A stretch of DNA of 64,000 nucleotides, from assembly GCF_964204865.1 (NCBI RefSeq), contig NC_135259.1, positions 7,192,001 through 7,256,000 of the forward strand, written 5' to 3'. This document shows positions 36,946 to 49,000 of the stretch, piece by piece. Positions within the stretch are counted from its first letter, which is position 1. Each line of letters opens with the position of its first letter. The DNA comes from Styela clava. Its lineage: Eukaryota. Under the pieces are notes generated by a model, which saw only the letters and a program-made list of their open reading frames with translations, did no database searches and was not told the DNA's origin. A program made the translations under genes and the position numbers.

Positions 36946-39049
36946 GTTCTAATCACTCAATGTATAAAACACTGTCGAATGATGCCTGGTGGAGCATGTC
37001 CCATTAAACCCCGGGCAATTGTTCTTCAAAGCATCGAAGATTTTTAGACTGCTCCGTGTCAAGAATACACTTGCCAACGTTATGAATATTTTACACTGGA
37101 CTAAGGGCAAAGGGTAATATGCCAGGCAGTAGTTTGTCCTGTTGTAAAGTATATATTCAAAAAAAGAAAAAAGAATATGGCAAAATGTTAGTTTCAACCG
37201 TTCAAAACCAATTCAATCTAATCTCATAGCTTGCATTGCTCTGCGATGTCAAATACCGAAACTCATTACTGATTCCGGATAAAGTATGAGTGTGAGTATT
37301 GATTTTCCATTGTGCCTCATGTCCCCATATACTTAACATGAGGACCAGCACTGTTATTTCAGTTTTCTTCTTTAGACGCAAAACTGATTTTTTAAGATTC
37401 CTTGTATCAATTGCCAGGGATGTAGCCTAGTATTTATAGAAAGTGGATTTCTTTAGTATGTTTTTGCTTACTCAGCATCACCTGGAGTTGTTTTTCTGAG
37501 TTGTTTGGTCAGCACGTAAGGTTAAGAGCAACCCTACCACGCATTAGGCTGATGCTGCTCAAAGCGTATGTTGGAAAGAAGTGGCATCAAATGCACGGGA
37601 GAAAACTGTCAGTTCTTGGATTGTATAATGCTTGTTGAGAATTGCTCTGATCATGAAGAAAGTGTGAGTTAGACAACAACTAGTATCATCCCTTGTGTGA
37701 CTATGATGACAAAAAAAATCTCCATGTTGTCCGAGCACAAATTCTATGTCATTGGCTACTTAGCTGATTTTGTTGCTAGGTTACGAAACAAAGAGGACTT
37801 GTCACCAGGAGTAGGAGTCCAATTTCTCTCAACTCGGATTCGATTGTAAACTTTCCTCGACTCGACAAGCCTAGTTGAAAATAATTGCCATTCTTATGCA
37901 TCGTAAACTTATCAATATTTGGAAAAAAATTATTTTTGTGATTACCGGTATATATTTTTCGTTTCTAACAATGCATATGTTTTGATTATAAAATTTGAAA
38001 TGCAACAGTTTACAGTTATTCTTTATAACATTTGAACTTTGAACTCTCCTGTTCGATTAAAATTATTGAATTCATATTGAAGGGACTCATTATGAATATA
38101 AATTAAGTTGAATAAAATCATCCATAGAAAGTAATAATCATCTCTGTTTGTCATATGAATCTCATTATTAAACCGCATTAAGTAGGTCGTAAAATAAATT
38201 ATGGACAGTTTAGTTTTGGAATGAGAAACCAATTCAACTTTATACAAATGCACGAAAAAAATATATAGTTTATTTATATTATAATAAGACGCTTAAAGTC
38301 ATCGATATATTTTTAACAATTTTTGATCCGCGAATTTTAGAATTGTAATAATAAAAAAAAACGAATGAAAGAGAAGATTTTATATTACTATTTTTGATAC
38401 CCTCAAAATTGCCTCGAACCAGTTGTGTGTTTTACAACAGGAAAAATACAGTATTTTGCATGCGCAAAATACAATATAGACACACAGTATTTGAGTCTGG
38501 GCAAGCCCGATAAGCATTATTATTACGTAACAAATGCAAGTTTTTCCGCTGCCGGGGTTTAAAAATGAAGTGCCAAAAATCGCGTGTCCAAATCCAGACT
38601 GACAAATGATCCTACAATAACTTCCGCAGTATGCATTAGTTATTGTCTCACTCCAAAAGTAGTGTGATAAATTTTATTCGCAATGGTAGCAGTAGCATCA
38701 AAATGCCCGATTTGTTCTAATTCTAAGCAAGCGAAGAATCGCGTTTGGAGGAAATTGTAAATTAGATACTGAAGTTGAGCAGTCATGTAACATTCATGGT
38801 TTGAGAATATTTATTTTTTGCTCATGGGGTGACACATGAATACTTAACACTTACGACTAAAAATTAGGCACGCCCTTTTTCCGAATTGTATTATTTAAAT
38901 AAATCTTAAATAAATGATGAAACATTTACTCCGGGTACAATTAAATATTCAAATCAACAACTTAAATGGAACATAAGAAATACAAGTTGTGTATGTGCAT
39001 GTGCAGTTATCTGCACATTTAGTGTCCATTCGTTTTTGTGTAGGACCTT

Positions 39050-39124
39050 ATTACCGATCAGTCGATCGCGATCTATGTTGAAGATTTTAGTCGATCGCGA
39101 TCGGAAGCAGGTTGGCCACCCCTG
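39050..39124. mobile_element. Solo hAT terminus
   Basis: GTCGATCGCGATC repeats followed by GGTTGGCCACCCCTG and a hAT-like target (atatagac). Confidence 0.5.
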
Positions 39125-39731
39125 ATATAGACCAAACGACAATTGCATTATTGCGGACTTGGCGAGCTCTCTAATCAATCGCAAATATATTATAATTTAT
39201 CCACGAGTAATAAAATGTTGTTATTTTGAATGTGATTGTGCTGAATATTCCAGAAAATATCGTTGTTTTCACACCGAGATCTTAAATTACTTCCTCTTCC
39301 ACTATTTCCATCTATTGATGGGCATCAACTAAAAGCCCTCGAGGCAGTTCAGCTGCATTCAAAGCATTTATTTAATTGCCCGTATTGAAGATAATTAACC
39401 AACCGTGCGACGATCATTTCGAATATGAAGGTGTACAACTTTTTTAGAAGTTAAATAAAGTTCATCATAAATAATAAATCATTATTTCTCCTGTTTGAAA
39501 CTCGATCAAGCTCTTTTGTGAGAGGGTCCATGCTTACATTATGGATATACACATAAAAGGCATTCAACGGTGAAAATCATTCCTCTCTTTGAAGGATTTT
39601 ATTGTATAACACCATGGATATATTGCTGCTAATTTTAATTTTGTAGCACGTAATTTACTACGTGCCAAACTATAAACAAGATATTTCTAATTTTTTTTAT
39701 TTGTGCCATAAACGTGTCTTAGATGTGCGAA

Positions 39732-39738
39732 TATAAAA
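39732..39738 (+). promoter_or_regulatory. TATA box of stefin-like gene 3
   Basis: TATAAAA 95 bp upstream of the ATG at 39827. Confidence 0.5.
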
Positions 39739-39826
39739 GCCCAATGACTTATGTTCATGCACACTTTTGATCTGAGACTCGATTTGGAAGTTATTGGCCG
39801 CTGTTAAAATAAAAAAAAACTCAAAA

Positions 39827-40602
39827 ATGCAGTCGTCCTTGGTAGTTTTGTTGTGCCTGGTAGCTTGCATTTCACTGACGAACGCTTTTACAATTTATAC
39901 TTTTGGCGATAGGGTTCAAATTCAAAAGAAAGATACGGTGGATACCATTGCTGATTCCGTAAGTACATCTCATAATGTATTCAATCCAATTTAAAATACG
40001 GAAAATTTTTAAGAGTAGTTACAATACTCAATCCAATTGTTTTTAGTTGAAACAAGAACTTCAAATAATGAATGGTGAGAAATACGGAAAGAAAAAATGG
40101 GACCCCAGAATTTACAGAACATCACGCCAAAATACCAACGTAATTTGGATGAAGGTTAGTAAATTTTCACCTTTATGGTAACATTCCTTATTAGGTATTG
40201 AACAAACCAGATTGTTACTAGGATTTTAATGAATTCACAAATGCATAACACTTATTGAGGTTAGTAACGCTGTGCTTAGGTGATCTGTCAAAAAATTCTG
40301 ATCACTTTGAGTAAGTACATTACAATTCACAAGGTGATGCGTGTATTTCACCGACGTTTGCAGTTGGATTTTAAATATAGATCCGATGTATTAGTTATTA
40401 AACGTAATGCAACACAACTTCAATATTTCGTTCTGAGGTTGAATGATGAAATATTATTTTCCCTTTACAGATCAAAGTTGATCACAAGAAATTTCTTGGA
40501 GTTGTCATCGAAGACGCTTACTCTGGTTCACCTAATATTATTGAATGTGAAGTCGGATACGACAGAAATATGGGAATGAAAACAGGAGCTTTAATTCTCT
40601 AA
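39827..40602 (+). CDS. Secreted stefin/cystatin-like protein 3 (123 aa, 3 exons, no QxVxG)
   Basis: join(39827..39958,40047..40154,40471..40602): MQSSLVVLLCLVACISLTNAFTIYTFGDRVQIQKKDTVDTIADS|LKQELQIMNGEKYGKKKWDPRIYRTSRQNTNVIWMK|IKVDHKKFLGVVIEDAYSGSPNIIECEVGYDRNMGMKTGALIL*. IADS|LKQEL parallels stefin B IADQ|VRSQL. Confidence 0.8.
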
Positions 40603-41609
40603 CTTTTTTATTTCTATCTTCTTTCATTATTTGTACAAAACAAATCATATGTGAGTATATATTGAAATGGAAAACAAAGTCAGTATTTAAATTATGAAGT
40701 GTGATTTTATACCTTATACTGTACTTTTTGATTATCGATACAATGACTTTTTTCCTTTAAGTTGACTAATTTAAACGTGAGACGTCTCCGTCATCGTTAG
40801 TAATATGGAACGTTTTTTTATTATTAAGCATTGTCGAATCGCATGTCGTCAATTCACAATAAATTGATCTAGTTTATATGGCGTAGTATTTTATCAACAA
40901 TAAGTCAAAAGCTTCTATCGGATTCTTTTCAGAATTTTTGTCTAGATCGAATCGAGTGTTAAACTGGAGTTGACTTGATTCATTGAATGTGTTTTAAGAA
41001 TTTTTTGACTCAACTTTGTGTATTATATTTATTTTAAATATCGTTTCTTATCTTTGATGAATTTATTTTATTTTATTCAATAAACATTAAAAAATTTATT
41101 TGCTGTGCGTATAAAATAAGCAATATTGTAAGCCTACGTCTATTCTAAATGCTAGGAACAGGGATGACACTGGAGCGTTATCTTCCTTCATAATGATATG
41201 CAGATTGAAAAGCAAGGTTCGTTATATTCCTGAAACAAAGAGAAAATATAGGAGAACTTGGATTCTAAACTTGCTTATAGCAAACGGAAGTGTGTTAATT
41301 AACGCTACCGTCATAAACGTTCGCATATAGTGAAATCGTTGAAAGTTTAGTTATTCAGATAAAATCAAATATTACAAATCTCTTATATTGGTTAGATGTC
41401 TTTTTCCACCAATATGAATAGAAGACGAACGACTGCAAATAAAAAATAAATTTATAAATAACCGTCTCCTGATTCGGTAACTCTTCCCTCATATCTCAAA
41501 GAAAATACGTGGAAATGTAATTAATTACTGATTTAAACATCAATTTAATTCCATGTCCAAAATTTTTGAACGATTTTTCGATGAAAAATCGCAAGAGTGA
41601 ATTAGTCGA

Positions 41610-41895
41610 TTTATGAGCTGAGCGTTAGACATACGCTAGCCATCGCACTTCTAATTACCATGCGTGAGTTCGAATCCCGTGAGAGATAATTGTGTGCCAA
41701 AGAGATTGCTGGACTCCTCATCATCTTAGAGTGAGTGGTTCATGCAAGCGCTAATCGGTTCCTTCACCATTAGGTCATACATTTAAACCAAATAATTGAC
41801 TAACTAATCCTATATCCGACATAGACAGGTAACCGGACAAGATGCCGTAGTACGCCATTTGATCAAGCCGTCCTATTGCCCCGGGATAAAAATGA
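41610..41895 (+). mobile_element. tRNA-derived SINE
   Basis: B-box GAGTTCGAATCCC near 41666 followed by a non-tRNA body. Related decayed copies lie at 35845 and 62690..63050. Does not form a full cloverleaf. Confidence 0.65.
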
Positions 41896-42189
41896 TATTG
41901 TATTCTTAATATATAACTCAAGTCCATGTATATAATTGAAAATAAAATAAAAAACAAACGAGGGGTGAACTGGTATGAGGATGCCCGCCCTATATAGGTT
42001 GTATTACTTACTCATTTTAGTCCATACCGGAGAAAGATGTTCTTGTTGATCAATTGGAGCAAAAGTGTTGTTACTATTGTTCTGGCGGTTGTTACTGTTT
42101 GAAAAAAAATTACCTTTTTCCGCTACGACTACGAAAAAGACATTTGACTTCAGAATTTAATTACTTGGAGGCGTTTGAAGCCGCTAGAC

Positions 42190-43350
42190 CACCGATTCTC
42201 TCAGTGGGCCATGGCCCACATGAACATTTTCAGGTGGGCCAGAAACCAATTTAAAAAAATGCTGGAGTTAAAATTAGTATAATTTGATTGGAGTAGCAAT
42301 TAATGATAATGCTATTTTGGGGAATTGAGTGGTAAAATTTTCATTAAAAAAATTCAATTGTCTATTTTTGGCGAAAAGGATTTTTTGATTCTCTTGTATA
42401 GTTTCACTTTCATGAGAATGTGGACGGGCCACAAAAAACATAGCACGTGTAGTAATCGAATATAAATGAAACTGAAGTGTGAGTCTACAGAATCATTGCC
42501 AGTGTCTGCAGTGGTCATTGATTAAAAAGTCAAGGAACGTTAAATTTAGCAAAATGGATGAATTTTTAAAAAGAACATCCGAAACATCTAATACTGAGCA
42601 ACATATTGTACCTAGCACAAGCAACGTTGAAAAGAAAAAAAAACTTATCAAATAGGAATACAGGGAAGATTACATTAAATATGGATTTTTTTGTTGTGGT
42701 AACGAAGATGCTACAAATTCAGTCTGCGTTATTTGTGGGGAGTAACTTTCAAATAAAGCAATGGGTAAACTTATGCGCCACTTAAATCCGAAATACGGTT
42801 TCGTGTCAAATTTGACGAAAAAGCACTTAACTCTAATACAGCAAAGATAAGTACTGGTACTTTTTCGCAAATAACAATGAACGATACGACTGGATCCGAA
42901 ATCCTTTCTCAACTAGTGCTGAACTGTCAACGAAAGAAATACCCCTGCGTATTAGAGAAAATTTCTTCGAAGTATAAAAATGACAGAACGCTAAGACTCA
43001 AATTCGGTGAAATTCCACTTGATGTGTTTTGGATTTCAATAAAAGAAGAATATAAGCGCACATTTCCAATGCAGCTATTGAAATATTGCACCAGTTTTGC
43101 ACAACTTATGTGTGCAAACAAAGCTTTTCCTATTTAATACTGATCAAAAACAATAAACGATCCTGCATAAAAGATGTTGACGGCGACCTTCGAGTTGCTC
43201 TTCCACGTATTGATCCTAATATAAAGCGATTGTACTCATTAAAACAACCACAAATCTCTCAGTGAAATATATATGAACTTAAAACAAAGTTACACTTCGT
43301 TTTTCTCGTTTATGAGTGTGCCGTAAGTTAAAAAAGATTGCGGAGCACTG
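42190..43350 (+). mobile_element. Internally deleted hAT (Buster/Charlie-type) element with transposase pseudogene
   Basis: BED finger relic YREDYIKYGF...VCVICGE*LSNKAMGKLMRHL is joined to a C-terminal dimerization-domain relic (FWISIKEEY ... FCTTYVCKQSFSYL ... DLRVAL ... PNIKRL). Stops and frameshifts are present and the DDE core is missing. Ends GATTGCGGAGCACTG. Confidence 0.85.
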
Positions 43351-43358
43351 CTCTAGAA

Positions 43359-44431
43359 CAGTGTTTCCCAACTCGAGTCCGTCAACTTTCTTGAAATTTG
43401 GAAGAAATATACTATAACTTTTGATAAAATAACAATAATGAGCCGAAAGAATTAAGAAAGTTACTAGAAAAACACACTGCATGGATGTATCAACTACCAA
43501 ATATATTACGGCTGAGATTTACTTTTTGTTACATAAAAGTAAACTCAGTTACATATTTACTTACATACAATTATGTTTGCAAATAATACCGGGTGTATAG
43601 CGATTGTTTGTTCTAAACTCGAACTTCAAAATTTATCCAAATGATAAACGCTAGTTAGTAACGTATGCGCCATGATTGTAAAAGAAGCAATGATAACGAG
43701 GGAAGCATCGCAGACATGTTTTCAATAAGGGATAAAGCAATGATGTATGTAGATAATTTGAAGAAACGTTTCAAATATTTGTGAAACTTTGTAACATTTT
43801 GAGTAGTCGATTAAAATTGAGCGAAAGCTGCTACCAATATGAAATATAACGATTCTGGAGTGTCACGGCTGGCTTTGGAATGCTGTAGGCCTACACGTAG
43901 GGATAATAAACGCTTTTGGTCGATATAAAGGCGACGCCGCTGTGTCGTGCAATAATTTTTTATTTAAATAGAATCAAGCCCCTTTTTGTTAAATTGCTTC
44001 GAGTCGATATTGATTCGAATCGCTTCGAAATTCTAAAACTTACATCCTTATTCAGGATATATGTAATAAAAAAAAAGTTTATTCTGTAACATTTTTGTGA
44101 ATTTTAGGTCTATATATATATATTAAGTCATGCTTAGTATATGTATTAACTTCGTTCAAAAATGTTTTGAATAGTTGTGCATACAAATTTATGATTTTTT
44201 GTAATAAATACAGTTAATTGCAAGAATAGTGAAATGCAAAAATTAATATGTAAATGGCATTTGAGATTTGAGTAAATAACAAAACTTTATTCCGCTGTTT
44301 AATTGCGTCACAAACTACACCTATCTAGAAGATCTAATTCAAGCATACATTATCAAAAACTGTTTGCGGCCCTTTGCCCAGTTCCCAAAATGCAATGCGG
44401 CCCTCGAAAACCCACGAGTTTGACACCCCTG
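43359..44431. mobile_element. Non-autonomous hAT element adjacent to the transposase relic
   Basis: Imperfect termini CAGTGTTTCCCAAC / GTTTGACACCCCTG, TGCGGCCC subterminal motifs, flanks CTCTAGAA / CTCTAGAC. Confidence 0.7.
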
Positions 44432-46005
44432 CTCTAGACTGCCCCGTCGTCACATTCCCTTCAAAACTTTTCAACTGAATTCGTTTACGCCTTTGCACAT
44501 ACTTCTAACGCTAACCGAATTGTATTATATAAACTAATGCGTATGCGCTTTTCCATTACATAATAATCACATTTGTTTTGTGTATGTTGTGTTAGTGAAG
44601 TTCACTTCAGCTTTTTACGGGTGGTTAAAAATATAGGCAAAGACTTGGGAATAAAAGTTGGTATTAGAAATATGGGAAGAAATTATATGTGGTCTCATGA
44701 TCCATCTTTTACAAAATGTGACGCCTGAGTAATGACCGCCTTCAATGCTTATTTGTTTAGGTTTGTGACTTTTTTTTTTCGGTGAATGAACGCATTGAAT
44801 ACGTTTTAAACTCATTTATAGGTTTTGTTCACTCCCCAGATTCTTCGCTGTAATCTTTTGTGTATGTATATTTTGTTTTTGAAAATGAATCGGAGTAAAA
44901 TCTATTTATCTACCTATGTTTATAATAACTCTTATTCATTAAGTAAACTTTGTCGGTTAGGATTTCACATACAGTATATTCACCCAGTTTACTTACAATG
45001 TAGGATTTGTAAACAAATGGACACGATAACGGCCTTGCATACTGTCACAGATAGGTTTTTATCCTGTGTATTGAAAGAATCAGAAGACTCAGATTCCGGA
45101 TTTGTGGTTTATTATGCGGCAGCCTCACACTTAACCTAAAATCAGCATAGAACAGAGAACACAGGGAAAATACGTTCGACAGCCAACCCAGCCGAGCGAA
45201 GAAGAGAATGAAGCTCTTTTTTTCACACGACTCGATGGTGGTCGGAGTCTCACAATAACCGGATCCGGATGAAGTATATCCAAATTGAAGATCCTCGAAA
45301 AGAATATAGGCAAATATGAAAAGACAAACTAAACCAAAACACACGGATAATAAAATTTGTGACAATACCCACATACGGAACTGACCTACACAAATCAATG
45401 TTTAAATTGGAAACTTTATTGCAATCAATCTTTCACATTTGTTTTATATATTTTGTGGTAAAATTGTTCGTCGGAATGAAATCTCTCCCAGCAATCATCC
45501 CTTTAGAGCTGCAGTTGTGTGAATCAACGGAGTTCACGCTGATTCAGCTCAAATAATTAAACTACGGTAAGTAATACTAATACTGTACAGACAGGCGCAA
45601 TGGTATTGGCCGAATACACGTATTCTTGTTTTTTACCCAAACTTCACATAAAGAGTTTTCACTATTGTTTGCTACAATATTATTAAACGGTTGTCATAAG
45701 TTTTACATGATTAAAATTAGATGATCACTGGAAAAACATGAAAAAAAAACTACGGTAATGAGAAAAGTTGGAATACCTCTCGCTAACCAGCTGGAAGTGT
45801 CGCTCGCTCCATGTACCGAGTATTTCACAAGTGAGTGGCGTAACCGTATTACAGTATTACCGGTACTGGATGTAGGGTAGAATCTTGTTCCGGTTTTTCT
45901 TACAAGTTCTTTTTATACAAGAGTGGTCATTTTTATTTACCTCAATATTTTGTTCGTGTTTAGTATAGGACTTTGTTTTGGTTGCTGGAATAGCATTAAC
46001 GGGAT

Positions 46006-49000
46006 ATGCAAATGGAAAATAGCCAGCGTCGGGAGAATGCAGTGCCACAGAGAACATTGGAATTTAGGTAGGTTTGTCGATCTGGACTACATTATATATA
46101 TTACCCTATGATATCCTGGCTGGAAACTAATTGGGGCCACTCTTCGCTTTTCTTTACCCGAGATAAGTATAAAACTCCTATAATCCTATTGCTACAATTA
46201 TAAACGACTTATCACATCTTTTTCAGGCAAGCCATGAAAGATTTTCGGACAATGTTTCCTACTCTGGATTCTGGTCTTATAGAATGTGTATTGAGAAGTA
46301 ATGCAGGACATGTTGACTCAACCATTGATCAATTATTACAATTATCTCAAGACCCAAATGCAAAAACTAGAAAGTAAGTATTGTAATATACACAAACAGA
46401 CTAAATAAGACTTTGAAATAAGAAAATTTGAATTGTTCCTTTCTCAAATCCTAACTTTTAACCATTGTTTGATCCTAATGGTATGGCGGGAATTCATCAC
46501 AATTGGAAAACAGCTTTTTGAGTATCAAATATATTTTTTTGACTGTTAACATTTTTTTGAAGTTTTTTTGAACTTTTTCAGTGATCATTGATACTTCTTG
46601 TAAACGCGTTAAATCTTAGCCATGTGATCAACAGACCAACAAACTCTTTAATTGGTGTTTTTATGGTGAATTTCTCCCTTTGACATGCCTGTTATTTACT
46701 CTAATTCCTATATTACCCTGTTTTTGTCATTGGATAAAGTTTATAAATAATATAAATAATGTTCTTGCACTCACAGTATATACTAGATTTGTATGTCGTG
46801 TTTGTTTGATGATATATATATATATATGGGTGAATCATTTGTCATATTTTTAAAATGATTCTAAATTAAAATACTTTTTCTTCTATTCCAAGTGATTCCA
46901 AGAGCCTTGATGAACACTAAAACAAGTATATTTCTATAGCATTTTTAACCAAGGTCTAACTTAGACTGTTTCCTGTAAGCATATTTCAACTAACATAATT
47001 AGTAGTATGATAGTTTCTGACATTATGTAGGCGAAACGTACCAGTAGCATTTGTGTTAGTGTCCAACAATACTCTTGAATCAATTAGAATAACAATCGGC
47101 GCTTCAGAAGTGTATGTGCCAATATGGAGGTAACTAATTTTTTTCGCCTACTTTACATCAATTTGTGTAAAGGAACTTAAATCTTTGGGCAGGGGGTATA
47201 TTCACTTGGCTAACACTGACAGTCCCCGAACTTTTGATAGAACTAAAATAAGGAAAATAAAATTGTGGCTCAACCTTAACCCGGTACACATACTACGGCA
47301 GTACCCAATCCTTTTTATTCTTGATACACTATCCTTGTATTATACGGGCACATACTTAACAGCTCAAATCCACAGGGGAGGATAGGTAGTTAGGTAATTT
47401 TATGTATAGTTTCATTCTTTTATTGTGCAATGTTTTTACTTTACAGTAGAGGAGGATGGAATGCAAATGAGGACAGTACAGACACTGATGATTCCATTCC
47501 TTCAGAGGTTAGCATCATCATTTATCTGTGGGAAATTTTTTCCATGAAATTGTTTTAACAATTTATGAATATTACTTCACTAAATTTTAGAGAATTTTAG
47601 TTTGGGTAAAATTGGAAATACCGACATAATATTTAAATAATGGAATAGATGTACAATAGCCTATGTACATATCGACGCATGAAATCCAAATTGGGCTAAG
47701 TCCATTTTTCTAGTTTTGAGAAAAACGCAAAAAACGTTTTTTTTTTGTTTCTTTTTTTTTATTTCTCTAATACCTTACATCGAGGATGTCTAGTTTTTAT
47801 GGTCCACCAAAGTTACAATGAAGGCCATATTTAGATGGTATAAAAAAATTTGTGCTCCGCCCCAATTTTTTTGGAGGGAGGTTTTTTTGGACTTAACCCT
47901 TTTTGGCTCTCAATTTTCTGGACCTGAAACAATTTTATTGGACTTAGGGCCCTTTTATTATGTTTTTATAGAGGCTGGTATGGACTTAGCGCTTTGTATT
48001 ATATTTTTTGAGAGGAGCTATGTCCAAAAAACCGGACTTAGCCCCAACTTACAATGCAGTTATCCAGAGCTAAGTCCACTATAGTAGACACAGCTCTGTT
48101 TAGTTCTCAAATGCCCTAAAAAAAGCAGGGTTATGTCCATATCTGTCTTGAGATCTAGAGCACCTATAGATAAGGCAAATAGACCAAAATGTAGAGCTAA
48201 GTCCAGGAAAATCAGCAATTGAAAAATGTCATTTTTTGGAAAAGTGGACTTAGCACTGTTTGGTTTTGAGGTGTCGATATAGAATTTGATTTGATATTCA
48301 AAACTTTTGCTTGCTTTTTGTTTAACTCAAATTTCAAACAATCTATCTAACTGATATATTTTAGAATGTGATATGAGGTGTTCATAAAAGCCCTCTAGCC
48401 TATTATATCAGGTAAATGAATTTTGATGTGTTCCTTGCAATTAATGGGGGGGGGGGGGCACTAATTAAATAAACCAACCTAGTTAAAATATATAGTGAGG
48501 ACCAACTTCACAATGGAATTTTAGTGGCAATGGACCCCATAAACACCTGTATTTAACTTTTTAAAATAAATCCAGATTATAGTGCAAAAATTGACAAATT
48601 CTGGTCGAAAAGAAATACTATACCTATTACTATTATCATAACAGCTATTTCAAATTTTTTTCAGACATAATTTTTTAGACATCTCTAAGTATCATTTATG
48701 TTATTTTCAGTTGCTTGATCCGCCCACTTCTAGTGATGATGATATACCAGTGAGAGATCCACCACCAATGTACACTCCAAGGGTTGGTGACCCGCCTCCA
48801 AATTTTTTTGGTCCAAATCAGCCTGTCGAGGTTCCAGTTAGTGAGAAAAAAAGAGGATCTCACAAGCATTCTAAATCTAATGGATATCATACAAAGACGT
48901 CTAAAAAGTGTTATAGGTGAAGTGACTCTATTTAATTATTAACAAATCATAGCCAGATAAAATTGGTGAAATTGAGTACCAGTGGTTTGTCTAGATTGGT

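Noticed and set aside
37520-37670. Possible pogo/Tigger transposase traces (MLVENCSDH)
   Set aside because: Too short and scrambled, with no TIRs; insufficient evidence.
41100-41240. Candidate fourth stefin-like last exon on the minus strand (strong tttgtttcag acceptor)
   Set aside because: All frames after the acceptor stop early, and no matching exon 1 or exon 2 was found.
41610-41690. tRNA gene suggested by GTTCGAATCCC
   Set aside because: No complete cloverleaf, and the body continues into a dispersed repeat, so it is called a SINE.
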